Positions 41,382 through 51,151 of a stretch of 64,000 nt of DNA are shown here, one piece after another. Position 1 is the first letter of the stretch, and each line of letters opens with the position of its first letter. Both the position numbers and the translations under genes were made by a program. The notes beneath the pieces are model-generated. The model had not been told where the DNA came from. It ran no database searches and worked only from the letters and a program-made list of their open reading frames with translations. Source of the stretch: Gaiella sp. (GTDB lineage Bacteria > Actinomycetota > Thermoleophilia > Gaiellales > Gaiellaceae); assembly GCA_027493885.1 (NCBI GenBank), contig JAOSJZ010000001.1, forward strand, positions 1,790,622-1,854,621, written 5' to 3'.

Positions 41382-42742
41382 CGACGGCGCTCGCGCACGG
41401 CCTCGTCCTCACCCTCGACCCCGAGCGCACCATCCTCCGTGACGGCACCGTCGCGTTCGACGAGGACGGGACGATCGTCGCGGTGGGGCCGTCCCGGGAG
41501 ACGCTCGCGTCGCTGCGGCCGGGCACCGAGGTCGTCGACTGCTCGCGGTGCGTGCTGACGCCCGGCTTCGTCGACGCACACGCGCACCTCGGCGAGGAGG
41601 TGATGCGCGGCCTCGTCCCCGATGCTGCCCCGCCCGACGAGTGGCTTCCCCGCTGGCTCCTGCCCGCGTATGCAGCGCTGACGCCCGAGGACGAGCGGCT
41701 CTCCGCCGAGCTCGGGATCGCGCAGATGCTGCTCACCGGGACGACGACCTTCTGCGAGGCGGGAACGCTGCTCGACTGGCGCTCGGCGGCCGACGTCGTC
41801 GTCGAGACAGGGATCCGCGGCCAGCTCGGCCGCTGGGCGTGGGACCTGCCGCCGGAGCCCGCAGCGATGCGCCGGACGACCGACGAGGTGCTCGCGGCCT
41901 GCGAGGACCTCGTCACCGGCGTGCGGGCGACGGGCTCTGCCCGCCTCACCGGCGCGGTGATCCTGCTCGGGATCGGGACGGCCTCGCCGGCGCTCCTCAC
42001 CGGCGCGGCCGCGCTCGCCGGGCGGCTCGACGCGCCGCTCGCGACGATGTACGCGAGCGTCGCGCCCGAGCACGGCGGCACGTCTCTGCCGCTCGCCGCT
42101 CTCGGCGAGGCCGGCTGGCTGGCACCCCGCACGAAGCTGACCCACGCCGTCTACGTCTCCGAGGCGGATGTCGCGGAGCTCGCCCGGGCCGGCGTCTCGG
42201 TCGCGCACTGCCCCACGGCGGCCCTCCGGCACGTCAAGGGCATCCACCGCCACGGCCTCGTGCCGGAGATGCTCGCGCAGGGGATCCCCGTGGCACTCGG
42301 AGGCGACTCCGCGAACGGCTCGAACCACCTCGACGTGCTGCGGCTGATGTACCTCGCGGCGACGCTCTACAAGGACTTCCGCATGGACCCGACGATGGTG
42401 CCGCCCGAGACGGCGCTCGAGATGGCGACCCTCCACGGCGCCCGCGCGCTCGGGCTCGCGGACGAGATCGGCTCGCTCGAGCCCGGCAAGCGCGCGGACG
42501 TCGTCGTCTTCTCCACCGACCACCCCGAGTGGCGCCCGCTCCTGCATCCCGTGCAGAACCTCGTGCTCACCGCGACCGACCGCAGCATCGAGTCGGTCTG
42601 GGTCGACGGACGGAAGGTCGTCGACCGCGGGACGCTCCTCACGATCGACCTCCCACGCCTGCTCGAGCGCGTGGACTCGGCCGCGGCCGCGCTTCTCGAC
42701 CGCATCGGCCTCCAAGCACCCTGGACGTGGCCCGCGCGATGA
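41378..42742 (+). CDS. Amidohydrolase (MTA/SAH-deaminase/AtzA-like) with atypical metal site
   Basis: PGFVDAHAH, GTTTFCE, AHCP, LGGDS, GSLEPGKRADVV; usual HxHxxE replaced by ATMYAS. Confidence 0.85.
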   Translation: MTTALAHGLVLTLDPERTILRDGTVAFDEDGTIVAVGPSRETLASLRPGTEVVDCSRCVLTPGFVDAHAHLGEEVMRGLVPDAAPPDEWLPRWLLPAYAALTPEDERLSAELGIAQMLLTGTTTFCEAGTLLDWRSAADVVVETGIRGQLGRWAWDLPPEPAAMRRTTDEVLAACEDLVTGVRATGSARLTGAVILLGIGTASPALLTGAAALAGRLDAPLATMYASVAPEHGGTSLPLAALGEAGWLAPRTKLTHAVYVSEADVAELARAGVSVAHCPTAALRHVKGIHRHGLVPEMLAQGIPVALGGDSANGSNHLDVLRLMYLAATLYKDFRMDPTMVPPETALEMATLHGARALGLADEIGSLEPGKRADVVVFSTDHPEWRPLLHPVQNLVLTATDRSIESVWVDGRKVVDRGTLLTIDLPRLLERVDSAAAALLDRIGLQAPWTWPAR

Positions 42743-43509
42743 GCGGCGCGCTCGAGGGCAGGGCGGCGCTGGTCACCGGCGGGAACCGGGGCATCGGCCT
42801 CGCGATCGCCGGGGCGCTCCAGGGCGCAGGCGCACGGGTCTGCGTCACGGGGCGCGACGAGGATGCGCTCGAGGCGGCGCTCGCCGAGCTGGGCGACAGC
42901 GCGGTCGGCGTCGCCGGGGACGTTGCCGAGGCCGCCGACGTGCTGCATGCGGTCGAGCAGGCCGAGGCCCTCGGGCCGCTCGAGGTCATCGTCAACAACG
43001 CCGCCTCCGCCGGCCCCACGCTGCCGGTGCACGAGCTGCCGCCGGAGGAGTTCGAGGCCGTGCTGCGCACGAACCTGCTCGGCCCGTTCCTCGTCGCACA
43101 CCATGCGCTGCCGGGCATGATCGCGCGCGGCCGCGGCTCGATCGTCAACATCGGCTCGATCGCCGGGGTCGAGGGCTATCCGCTCCGCTCGCCGTACTCC
43201 GCCTCGAAATGGGGTCTGGTCGGCTTCACGCGGACGCTGGCCGGCGAGGTGGGCCCGCACGGGATCCGCGTCAATCTCGTCGCTCCGGGCCCGACCGAGG
43301 GCGAGCGCTCGACGAACGTGATCGCGGCGCGCGCCGAAGCGCTGGGGCAGCCCTTCGAGGAGCTCCGCGCGCGCTACGAGCGCGAGATCCCGCTCCGGCG
43401 CTTCGTGCGCGCCGACGAGGTTGCCGCCGCTGTGCTGTTCCTCGCCTCGGACGCGGCCAGCGGGATCACGGGCCAGTCGTTCTGCGTCAGCGGCGGGATC
43501 GAGATCTGA
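42739..43509 (+). CDS. Short-chain dehydrogenase/reductase
   Basis: TGGNRGIG, VNNAA, YSASK, VNLVAPG. Confidence 0.92.
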   Translation: MSGALEGRAALVTGGNRGIGLAIAGALQGAGARVCVTGRDEDALEAALAELGDSAVGVAGDVAEAADVLHAVEQAEALGPLEVIVNNAASAGPTLPVHELPPEEFEAVLRTNLLGPFLVAHHALPGMIARGRGSIVNIGSIAGVEGYPLRSPYSASKWGLVGFTRTLAGEVGPHGIRVNLVAPGPTEGERSTNVIAARAEALGQPFEELRARYEREIPLRRFVRADEVAAAVLFLASDAASGITGQSFCVSGGIEI

Positions 43510-44483
43510 TGCGCTTCGCCGACTACCTGCTCGACGCGGTCGGCGCGCGTGACGGCGAGCGGCTCGCCGTGATCGCCGACGCCGGCCGCGCCGTGGCCGC
43601 GGCCGCCACGGCGAAGGCTGCCCGCGCCCGCGGCCTCGAGGTGGAGCTCGTCACGACGGCCGAGGACTACCGCCGCGAGGCGGACATGCCGGCCCCGGCG
43701 ATCGCCGCCGTCGAGAGGGCTGACGTCGCGCTCCTCCATGTCGATTTTCCCCGGATCCAGTTCGGCGGCCACAGCGAGTACCGTCGCCGGGCGACGGCGC
43801 GCGGGGCGCGCGTCGGCTTCGTCACCTACGACCTCGCGGACGTCGACGGCGAGGCGCTCCGGCGCGTGGCCGAGGACACGCGCCGGCTCGCCGACCTGCT
43901 CGGCGCGGCCTCCTCCGCGCGCCTGACGACGGCCGCGGGCACGGAGCTCGAGCTCGCGCTCGGCGACCGGCCGGGGACGGCGCTCACGAACGAGCTCGCG
44001 TTCCCGGGCGGCTGGGGCGCCCTTCCGGACTTCTTCGAGGCCGCGGTCGCTCCGCTCGAGGAGAGCGCCCTTGGCGTGCTCGTCGTCGACGGGATGTCGC
44101 TCGTGACCGGGCTCGCGGACGAGCCGATCGTCCTACAGGTCGAGCAGGGGCGCGTCGCCGGGCTCCGGGGCGGCGCGGCGGAGATGCTCCGCGCGTACCT
44201 CGAGGCGGCGGGCGAGAACGCGGACGTCGTCTGCGAGCTGGGCGTCGGCACGAACGGCGTCGCGCCGACGGCGCTCACGGGAGGGTTCGTGGACAAGCGG
44301 ATCGCAGGCACGGCCCACCTCGGTCTCGGCGACAACCTCGGCCTCGGGGGCGCCTCGCGCGCCGCGACGCACACCGACGTGCTCGTCCGCGACGCCCGCC
44401 TCGAGCTCGACGGCCGCGTCGTCGTCGCGGACGGCCGGCTGCGGCTGCCTCAGGCGCCGAGCTCGGTGAGCCGCTCGCGATAG
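43509..44483 (+). CDS. M29 aminopeptidase-fold protein (leucyl aminopeptidase/NicX-like)
   Basis: EAAVAPLEESALGVLVVDG, ELGVGTN, DKRIAGTAHLGLGDN, HTD. Confidence 0.7.
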   Translation: MRFADYLLDAVGARDGERLAVIADAGRAVAAAATAKAARARGLEVELVTTAEDYRREADMPAPAIAAVERADVALLHVDFPRIQFGGHSEYRRRATARGARVGFVTYDLADVDGEALRRVAEDTRRLADLLGAASSARLTTAAGTELELALGDRPGTALTNELAFPGGWGALPDFFEAAVAPLEESALGVLVVDGMSLVTGLADEPIVLQVEQGRVAGLRGGAAEMLRAYLEAAGENADVVCELGVGTNGVAPTALTGGFVDKRIAGTAHLGLGDNLGLGGASRAATHTDVLVRDARLELDGRVVVADGRLRLPQAPSSVSRSR

Positions 44484-47400
44484 CGCTCGAGGTTGCGGAG
44501 CTTGATTCCCTCGTAGCCCTTGACCAGGTCGATCGCGCTCGCGGTCTCGACCGCGCGGTCGTAGCCCTCGGCGTCGAGCGCCGTCGTCAGCGACGCGCAC
44601 AGCTCGGTGTACTCCCGGGCGAGTGCACGCTCCACCTTGCGCACGTGCGCGTAGCCGAACGGGTCGAACGGCGTGCCGCGCAGGAACCGCATCCGGGCGA
44701 GCGTGCGCAGGAACGGTGTCGCCCAGCGGGCGTCGAGGGCGATCTTCTTCTTCATCCCTATCGAGCGCAGAAGGGGCGGATGCAGCCGGTAGTGGACGCG
44801 CTTCACACCGGGAAGCTCGTCGCCGATCGAGGCGAGGAACTCGGGCGTGGTGGCCAGCCGGGCGACCTCGTACTCGTCCTTGTAGGCGAGCGCCTTGTGA
44901 AGGCCCGCGGCGACGGCCTCGCTGTAGTCGGTGCGCTCGGTGACGCGCCGCTCTGCCTGCCAGGCCGCCTCGACCGCGTCGAGGTAGGAGCGGACGAGGG
45001 CGCGACCGCCGTAGGCCTCGAGCTGCGGCACGCGCACCGCCGCGGCTTCGCGCGTCGCTCCCGCGAGCGGGCTTCCGGGCAGCGCAGCGACCGGGAGCGT
45101 CCGCGCGTCCTTGCGCGTGACCGCGTCGGTGAACGCCCCCGGGTCGGCGATCGCGACGCGACCCCAGCGGAACGCGGCGAGGTTGTCCGCAACGCCGACC
45201 TTGTTCAGCTCGATCGCGCGCTCGATCGCCTCGGCCGGGATCGGCAGCGCACCCGCCTGGTAGGCAGCCCCGATCAGGAGGAAGTGGCTCGGGGTCGTCG
45301 AGCCGAACAGCGCCTCCGCGGCGGCGAACGTGTCGAGGTCGAAGACCTCGCGCGAGGAGGCGGCGATCCGCGCCAGGAGGTCCTCCCGGGCGGGGAACCC
45401 GGCCGCGTACGAGCCCTCCACCATCGGGCCTGTCGGCACCTCCGTCGTGGAGACGAACGCCGCCGTCCGCGACGGATCGGCGTACGCGAGCGTGCGCGGC
45501 TCGCTGCCCGTGAGCACGTCGAGCGCCAGGTAGCAGTCGGCCTGCCCGTAGCCGACCCGGTTCGCCGGCTCGAGACCGCCGCCCCGGTGAAGCCGCAGGT
45601 GCGAGATCACCGGCCCCGCCTTCTGCGACATCCCCGTCTGGTCGAGGGTCGAGACCCGCATCCCGTCGAGGAGAGCGGCGGTCGCGAGCACCTGGTTGAC
45701 CGTGACGATCCCCGTGCCCCCGACCCCGGTGAAGAAGACGTTGAACGTCCCGTTCGCGCCCGCCGCGGGAGGCTCGGGCGACTCGGGCGGCGTCGGCGCC
45801 TCGACGCGCCGGCGCGCGGACGGGTCGACGTCGACCGTGACGAACGAGGGGCAGTCGCCGTCCAGGCACGAGTAGTCGGTGTTGCACGAGGTCTGGTCGA
45901 TGCGCCGCTTCGTGCCGAGCTCGGTCTCGAGCGGCTGCACCGAGAGGCAGTTGCTCTTGTGCCCGCAGTCGCCGCAGCCCTCGCAGACCTCCGGGTTGAT
46001 CAGCACCCGCATCGTGCGCACGGGTGCCTTGCCCCGCTTGCGGAGCCGGCGGAGCTGGTTCGCGCACGTCTGGTCGTAGACCAGGACTGTGACCCCGGGC
46101 GTCTCGCGCAGCTCGCGCTGGGCCCGGTCGAGGCGGTCGCGGTCCCACGCAACGGCGTTGTCTGCAAGCGCAACTCCGTTGTAGCGGTGGATCTCGTCGG
46201 TCAGCACGATCGTGCGCCGGACGCCCTCCGCGGCGAGCTTGCGGGTCAGCTCGGGGACCGCCACCGAGCCGGCGGCGTCCTGGCCGCCCGTCATCGCGAC
46301 CGTCGAGTTGTAGAGCAGCTTGAAGGTGATGTCGACACCCGCCGCGACGCACGCCTGCACGCACTGCTGGGCGGAGTGGAAGTACGTCCCGTCGCCCACG
46401 TTCTGGAAGATGTGGCCGCCTTCGTGGAGGAAGGACTGGCCGATCCACTGCGCACCCTCGCCGCCCATGTGGGTGAGCCCGGTGACCGCGCTCTCCTCGC
46501 GGTCCATCATCCCCACGAGACCGTGGCAGCCGATCCCGCCGCCGGCGAGCGACCCCTCGGGCACGACGGTGGAGCGGTTGTGCGGGCAGCCGGAGCAGAA
46601 GTACGGCATTCGCCGCAGCGGCAGCACCGGCAGCGACAGCCCCTCGGGCACCGGCACGTCGCGCACCTCGACCCGTGGCGCCAGCACGCGGCGCAGCACC
46701 GGCGCGAGCCGCGGCGAGGTCAGATCGCCGTCCGCCGGCACGAGCGGGAGACCCTCGAGGTCGCGCTTGCCGAGCACGGGCGGGGCCGGCGTCGTCCCGT
46801 ACAGCGCGTCACGCACCTGCGTCTCCAGAAACGGCAGCTTCTCCTCGACGACGAGCACCGTCTCCAGGCCGCGCGCGAACTCGCGCACGCTCTCTCGCTC
46901 GAGCGGGTTGAGCATCCCGATCCGCAGGACCCGGATCCCGCGCCGCGCAAGCGTCTCCCGGTCGAGCCCGAGGTCGGCGAGCGCCTGCAGCGTGTCGTCG
47001 CACGTCTTGCCGCCGACGACGATCCCGAGCCACGCGTCGGGCGCCTCGACCTCGACCGCGTTCAGCCGGTTTGCGCGCGCGAACGCGTGCACCAGCTCCC
47101 AGCGCGGGCCGACCAGGTCGCGCTCGGCGCCGACCGCCGCAGGCGGCCCCGGCGGCGCCGCCTGCCGGTACGTCCACGGCACTCCCTCCCACTCCAGCGA
47201 CGGGACGGCGATCTCGAGCTCCGAGAAGTCCCGCGCCACGCTCCAGGCGCCGTCGGCGACATCCGTCGTGATCTTCAGCGCCACGAAGCAGCCCGACGCC
47301 CGCGAGAGCGCCACCCCGAGCAGACCATGCTCGACGACCTGCTCGCTGTCGCGCGGATAGAGCACCGGCAGCCCGAACGAGGCCAGCGTCGCCTCGCTCG

Positions 47401-47878
47401 CCGACGGCACGGTCGACGACTTCGCGGCCGGGTCGTCACCCGCGAGCACGAGCACGCCGCCGCGCGGGTGCGCACCGAACAGGTTCCCGTTGCGAAACGG
47501 ATCGCCGCAACGATCGACGCCCGGCGACTTGCCGTACCAGACGCCGACGGTGCCGTCGAACGCCAGCCCGAGCCCGGGCAAGGGCTGCTGCGACCCCCAC
47601 ACGGCGGTCGCCGCCATCTCCTCGTTGACCCCCGCGACGAAGCGAAAGTCCGGCCGGCCGGCAAGATCGGGCGAAGACGCGAGCATTCCCTCCACACCGC
47701 CGAGCGGACTCCCCGGATAGCCGGACACGAACGCCGCGCTGCTCAGCCCGCTCCGCGCGTCGCGCTCGCGCTGCTCCACGAGCAACCGCGCGATCGCGGC
47801 CACCCCCCCGAGCAGCACCGGCGCGCTCGTCGCGCGCAGCCGGTCGCTCGGAACGTAGTCCGAAAGAGTCGTGCCCAC
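44450..47878 (-). CDS. Fused indolepyruvate:ferredoxin oxidoreductase-family protein
   Basis: SGYPGSPLGG, NEEMAAT, WYGKSPGVDR, FCSGCPHN, HMGGEGAQW, CEGCGDC, CLDGDCPSF, GVGGTG, AYKDEYEVARL. Confidence 0.93.
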   Translation of the reverse strand: MGTTLSDYVPSDRLRATSAPVLLGGVAAIARLLVEQRERDARSGLSSAAFVSGYPGSPLGGVEGMLASSPDLAGRPDFRFVAGVNEEMAATAVWGSQQPLPGLGLAFDGTVGVWYGKSPGVDRCGDPFRNGNLFGAHPRGGVLVLAGDDPAAKSSTVPSASEATLASFGLPVLYPRDSEQVVEHGLLGVALSRASGCFVALKITTDVADGAWSVARDFSELEIAVPSLEWEGVPWTYRQAAPPGPPAAVGAERDLVGPRWELVHAFARANRLNAVEVEAPDAWLGIVVGGKTCDDTLQALADLGLDRETLARRGIRVLRIGMLNPLERESVREFARGLETVLVVEEKLPFLETQVRDALYGTTPAPPVLGKRDLEGLPLVPADGDLTSPRLAPVLRRVLAPRVEVRDVPVPEGLSLPVLPLRRMPYFCSGCPHNRSTVVPEGSLAGGGIGCHGLVGMMDREESAVTGLTHMGGEGAQWIGQSFLHEGGHIFQNVGDGTYFHSAQQCVQACVAAGVDITFKLLYNSTVAMTGGQDAAGSVAVPELTRKLAAEGVRRTIVLTDEIHRYNGVALADNAVAWDRDRLDRAQRELRETPGVTVLVYDQTCANQLRRLRKRGKAPVRTMRVLINPEVCEGCGDCGHKSNCLSVQPLETELGTKRRIDQTSCNTDYSCLDGDCPSFVTVDVDPSARRRVEAPTPPESPEPPAAGANGTFNVFFTGVGGTGIVTVNQVLATAALLDGMRVSTLDQTGMSQKAGPVISHLRLHRGGGLEPANRVGYGQADCYLALDVLTGSEPRTLAYADPSRTAAFVSTTEVPTGPMVEGSYAAGFPAREDLLARIAASSREVFDLDTFAAAEALFGSTTPSHFLLIGAAYQAGALPIPAEAIERAIELNKVGVADNLAAFRWGRVAIADPGAFTDAVTRKDARTLPVAALPGSPLAGATREAAAVRVPQLEAYGGRALVRSYLDAVEAAWQAERRVTERTDYSEAVAAGLHKALAYKDEYEVARLATTPEFLASIGDELPGVKRVHYRLHPPLLRSIGMKKKIALDARWATPFLRTLARMRFLRGTPFDPFGYAHVRKVERALAREYTELCASLTTALDAEGYDRAVETASAIDLVKGYEGIKLRNLERYRERLTELGA

Positions 47879-47926
47879 GGCACCAAGAGTATGGCCGGAC
47901 TGGTGAGGGCGCCGCCGGGAGAGGCG

Positions 47927-48775
47927 CTACCGGGGCGCGCCGGCCGTCGCGAGCCCGGCCCGCGCGGCAGCCGTGACCTCGTCGAGGAACCCGTGCAGCG
48001 CCTCGGTGAACGCCCCTGGCTCCTCGAGGTGCGGGCAGTGGGCGCTTCCCTCCAGCGTCACCAGGCGCGCGTGCGGGAGGTGCGCGAGGAGGTACTCGGC
48101 GCCGTCGTAGCGGGTCTTCTCGTCGTGGCGGCCGTGGAGCAGCAGGACCGGCACGTCGATCGTGGCGAGCGCGTCCCGGTGGTCGAGGTCGTGCAGGGTC
48201 TCCGCGAGCTGCACGAAGACGGCGAGTGGCCACTCCGCGGCCATCCCGAGGCTCCAGAGCCGCATCCCCTCGCTCAGCTCGCCGTGGAAGAACGCCTCGT
48301 CGATGAGATCCAGGTCTGCCTGCGCCCGGTTCCGCGCGGCGCCGCCCTGCATCCGCTCCCAGAGATCGTCCGGGAAGCCGCCGGCAGCGTCGCGGCGCTC
48401 GCCGACGAACCACGGCGCCGCCGAGGCGAGCGCGAGACCGGCGACGAGGCCCGGCCTCGTGGCCGCAAGGCGCAGCGCGACGTGGGAGCCGAGGCCGTGA
48501 CCGGCGACGACCGGGCGCTCGAGCCCGAGCGCCTCGATCAGCGCCGCGAGGTCGGCGGCGAAGAGGTCGACCGAGTACCCCGTGGGCGGCTTGTCCGAGC
48601 CACCGCTCCCGCGCAGGTCGACCGCGAGCGTCCGGTAGCGGCGCTGCAGCGCGGCGACCTGGTGGTCCCAGACACGGTGCGTCATCGCCCCGCCGGGAAC
48701 CAGCACCACGGGCGGCCCCGAGCCGAACTCCTGGACCTCCAGCGCGACGCCGGTTGAAAGCGCGATCCGGGTCAC
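47927..48775 (-). CDS. Alpha/beta hydrolase lacking the canonical nucleophile Ser
   Basis: VVLVPGG, DLRGSGGSDKP, AGHGLG elbow, LLLHGRHD, SAHCPHLEEP. Confidence 0.85.
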   Translation of the reverse strand: MTRIALSTGVALEVQEFGSGPPVVLVPGGAMTHRVWDHQVAALQRRYRTLAVDLRGSGGSDKPPTGYSVDLFAADLAALIEALGLERPVVAGHGLGSHVALRLAATRPGLVAGLALASAAPWFVGERRDAAGGFPDDLWERMQGGAARNRAQADLDLIDEAFFHGELSEGMRLWSLGMAAEWPLAVFVQLAETLHDLDHRDALATIDVPVLLLHGRHDEKTRYDGAEYLLAHLPHARLVTLEGSAHCPHLEEPGAFTEALHGFLDEVTAAARAGLATAGAPR

Positions 48776-48809
48776 CGGTCAATCGTAGCCTCGGGCCGCC
48801 GGGAGCCCG

Positions 48810-49570
48810 CTATGCGACCGAGGGAAAGGCCAGGACGTCGACGAAGCGCTCGTTGAAGTCCGGGCGATCGGACAGCTCGGCGTACGAGACGGTGTGCAGG
48901 ATCGCGGCTGCCGCGTGCCGATCCTGGAGCGAGAGGAGCGCCATCTTCGCGCCTTCGCCGGCAGCGTTGCCGGCAGCCACGATACGCGTCGTCGGCAGGT
49001 GCGGAACGAGGCCGATCCGGATCGCGCTCGCCGGGGAGAGGAACGATCCGAACGAGCCAGCGAGCAGTACCTGCTGGATCTCCGACTCGCGGATTCCGAG
49101 CTCGTCGACCAAGAGCCGCCAGCCGGTCGCGATCCGGGGCCTTGGCGAACTGTAGCTCCCGTACGTCACGCTCGGACACGAAGAGCGGCCGCGACGCCTC
49201 GCCCCGCCTCGTCCGGCCACTGGATGACGAAAGCCCGCTCCTCGCCTCGCGCACGATCAGGCGCGTGGCGAGCGCGGGCGAGAGCGCTACAGCCGTGTCG
49301 TCGCCGACGAACCGTCGCGTGGCGTCGAGGAGCCCGATGCGGACGCGCTCCGCAACAGCGTCGACGAGGCCCGACCCGCGGGTACCGGCAGGCTCGACGT
49401 CGCCGACGACGCCCAGCTCGACGCCGTCCGGCTCGATGCGGACGGCCTCGACGGCGCCCGCCGCCGCCCGCATGCCGCACGTGATCTGCGCCGCCCAGGT
49501 CGAACGCTATCGCGAGGAGCGAGCCGGTCGTGTCACCGGCCTCGACGTCGATCAGAACGTCGTCGACCCC
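48810..49570 (-). pseudogene. Decayed ASKHA/RACo-type corrinoid reductive activator fragment
   Basis: Pieces DDVLIDVEAGDTT..AIAFDLG, AQITCGMRAAAGAV, GSGLVDAVA, DVRELQFAKA, VLLAGSFGSFL..AIRIGL, GNAAGEGA, ELSDRPDFNERF in different frames; N-terminus missing. Confidence 0.75.
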
Positions 49571-49585
49571 GGTGGATCCGGCGAT

Positions 49586-51040
49586 TCAACCGAGGGAGGC
49601 GGGGCCGGACGCCGCTTCTGCGCCGGCAATCATTCCGAAGACACCGCACGAGGCAAGCATTCCGCCGTAGTAGCGGTCGTGGACGCCGCCCGCGGCGCCG
49701 GGGACGGCGCGCAGTCCCGGGATCGGTGCGCCTCGAGTGTTGAGAACTCGTGCCCGGGAATCGATAGCGATCCCACCGTACGTCATGCTGACGCCGGGCG
49801 CGAGCTTGATCGCATGATAGGGCCGGGTCACGAGGGGCACGCCGCCCGTGCTGGGGACATCGAGTGCCGCGCTACGGTCGGCCAGCGCGGAGTTGTATCC
49901 ACGGATTGTCCGGCCGAGGCGTACGGGGTCGAGGCCATGGCCGGCGAGCTTCTCTACGAGCTCCTCGATCGTTCGCGCGACGACCACGGTGGCGCCGCGA
50001 GCGCGGGACAGACGCAGCCCGTCGATCCCAATACTCGGCCGTGTCCCGCGACGGTGTGCTCGGAAGTAGGGTAGGAAGGCTGAGTACCGTAGGTTGCGCG
50101 GACGCAGACTCCCGGGCGGCAGCTCGTAGACGGCGTGCTCTCGCCGGATCGCTTCGTCGAGGATCGCCCACAGCCCACCCGGCGGCTGACGGGTCGCGAT
50201 GTCCAGCACCTCACCGTTGAGCTCGGACGGCCCTTCGTCCATGAACCTCTCGCCATCCGAGTTCACGACGATGCTGTGGCTGGCGTAGAACGCGGAGAGC
50301 AGCAGCGGATCGAGGAAGTTCGACCACCGAATTTCGCACGGCGGCGCGGGCATCAGCTGCCCGTAGAGGCTGCCCATGGCTGGAGTGAGCGCGGCGCCGA
50401 CCGCCACGGCCATCCTCAGAGCGTCGCCGACCGCCTCCGGCACCGCGCGCGGGACGATCTCCGCCGCCGCCGGGCCAACATACGTACGCAGCAGCTCCCC
50501 GTCTCGCTGGAATCCGCCGGAAGCTAGGATCACCTCGCGCGCCGCCACCGACATCTTCCGACCGTTACGCTCGCACGCGACGCCCACGACGACCCCGTCC
50601 TCCCGAAGCAGCTCTCGCGCGCGGGTCTCGAAGAGGATCGTGCCTCCCAGCCGCTCGAGTCGGCGTCCCAGTTCCGAGAACCAGGCGATCTTCGCGTCGG
50701 GCATCATGCTGTCGCCGATCTGGTACTTAGGAACGGTGACCCCCCGGAAGGTCACCGTGGCATAGGACCCACGGGCGCCCGACGACGAGAGCCAGTCGAC
50801 GAAGGTGCGGAACTCCTCCACCAGAGTGCGCGCAAGCTCCGGGGCAGTCGGACAGTGCGCGCGGTATTCATCCCACGACTCGGCGCCCCAGATGTGGACC
50901 GCCCCGCCGGAATGGAGCGCAGTGCCCCCGAGCTTCGACGCGGCCTCGACCAGGAGCACGCGTTGCCCGAGCTCGGCAGCCTTCAGCGCCGCACAGATGC
51001 CGCCCAGGCCTCCTCCGACCACCACGACGTCCTCAGCCAC
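49586..51040 (-). CDS. FAD-dependent oxidoreductase (flavocytochrome c/TcuA/KstD-like flavoprotein)
   Basis: DVVVVGGGLGG, GGTALHSGG, ILASGGFQ, VNSDGERFMDE, TYGGIAID, YGGMLASCGVFG. Confidence 0.85.
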   Translation of the reverse strand: MAEDVVVVGGGLGGICAALKAAELGQRVLLVEAASKLGGTALHSGGAVHIWGAESWDEYRAHCPTAPELARTLVEEFRTFVDWLSSSGARGSYATVTFRGVTVPKYQIGDSMMPDAKIAWFSELGRRLERLGGTILFETRARELLREDGVVVGVACERNGRKMSVAAREVILASGGFQRDGELLRTYVGPAAAEIVPRAVPEAVGDALRMAVAVGAALTPAMGSLYGQLMPAPPCEIRWSNFLDPLLLSAFYASHSIVVNSDGERFMDEGPSELNGEVLDIATRQPPGGLWAILDEAIRREHAVYELPPGSLRPRNLRYSAFLPYFRAHRRGTRPSIGIDGLRLSRARGATVVVARTIEELVEKLAGHGLDPVRLGRTIRGYNSALADRSAALDVPSTGGVPLVTRPYHAIKLAPGVSMTYGGIAIDSRARVLNTRGAPIPGLRAVPGAAGGVHDRYYGGMLASCGVFGMIAGAEAASGPASLG

Positions 51041-51151
51041 TGGGATACCTTGGTGAGGTGACGAACGTCGCATCAAGGAAGCAGCGACGGGCGGTGACGC
51101 GACGCAGATCGGACAGTGCCGAGGGATGAACGGTCGACAGCGGCAGAGAGA

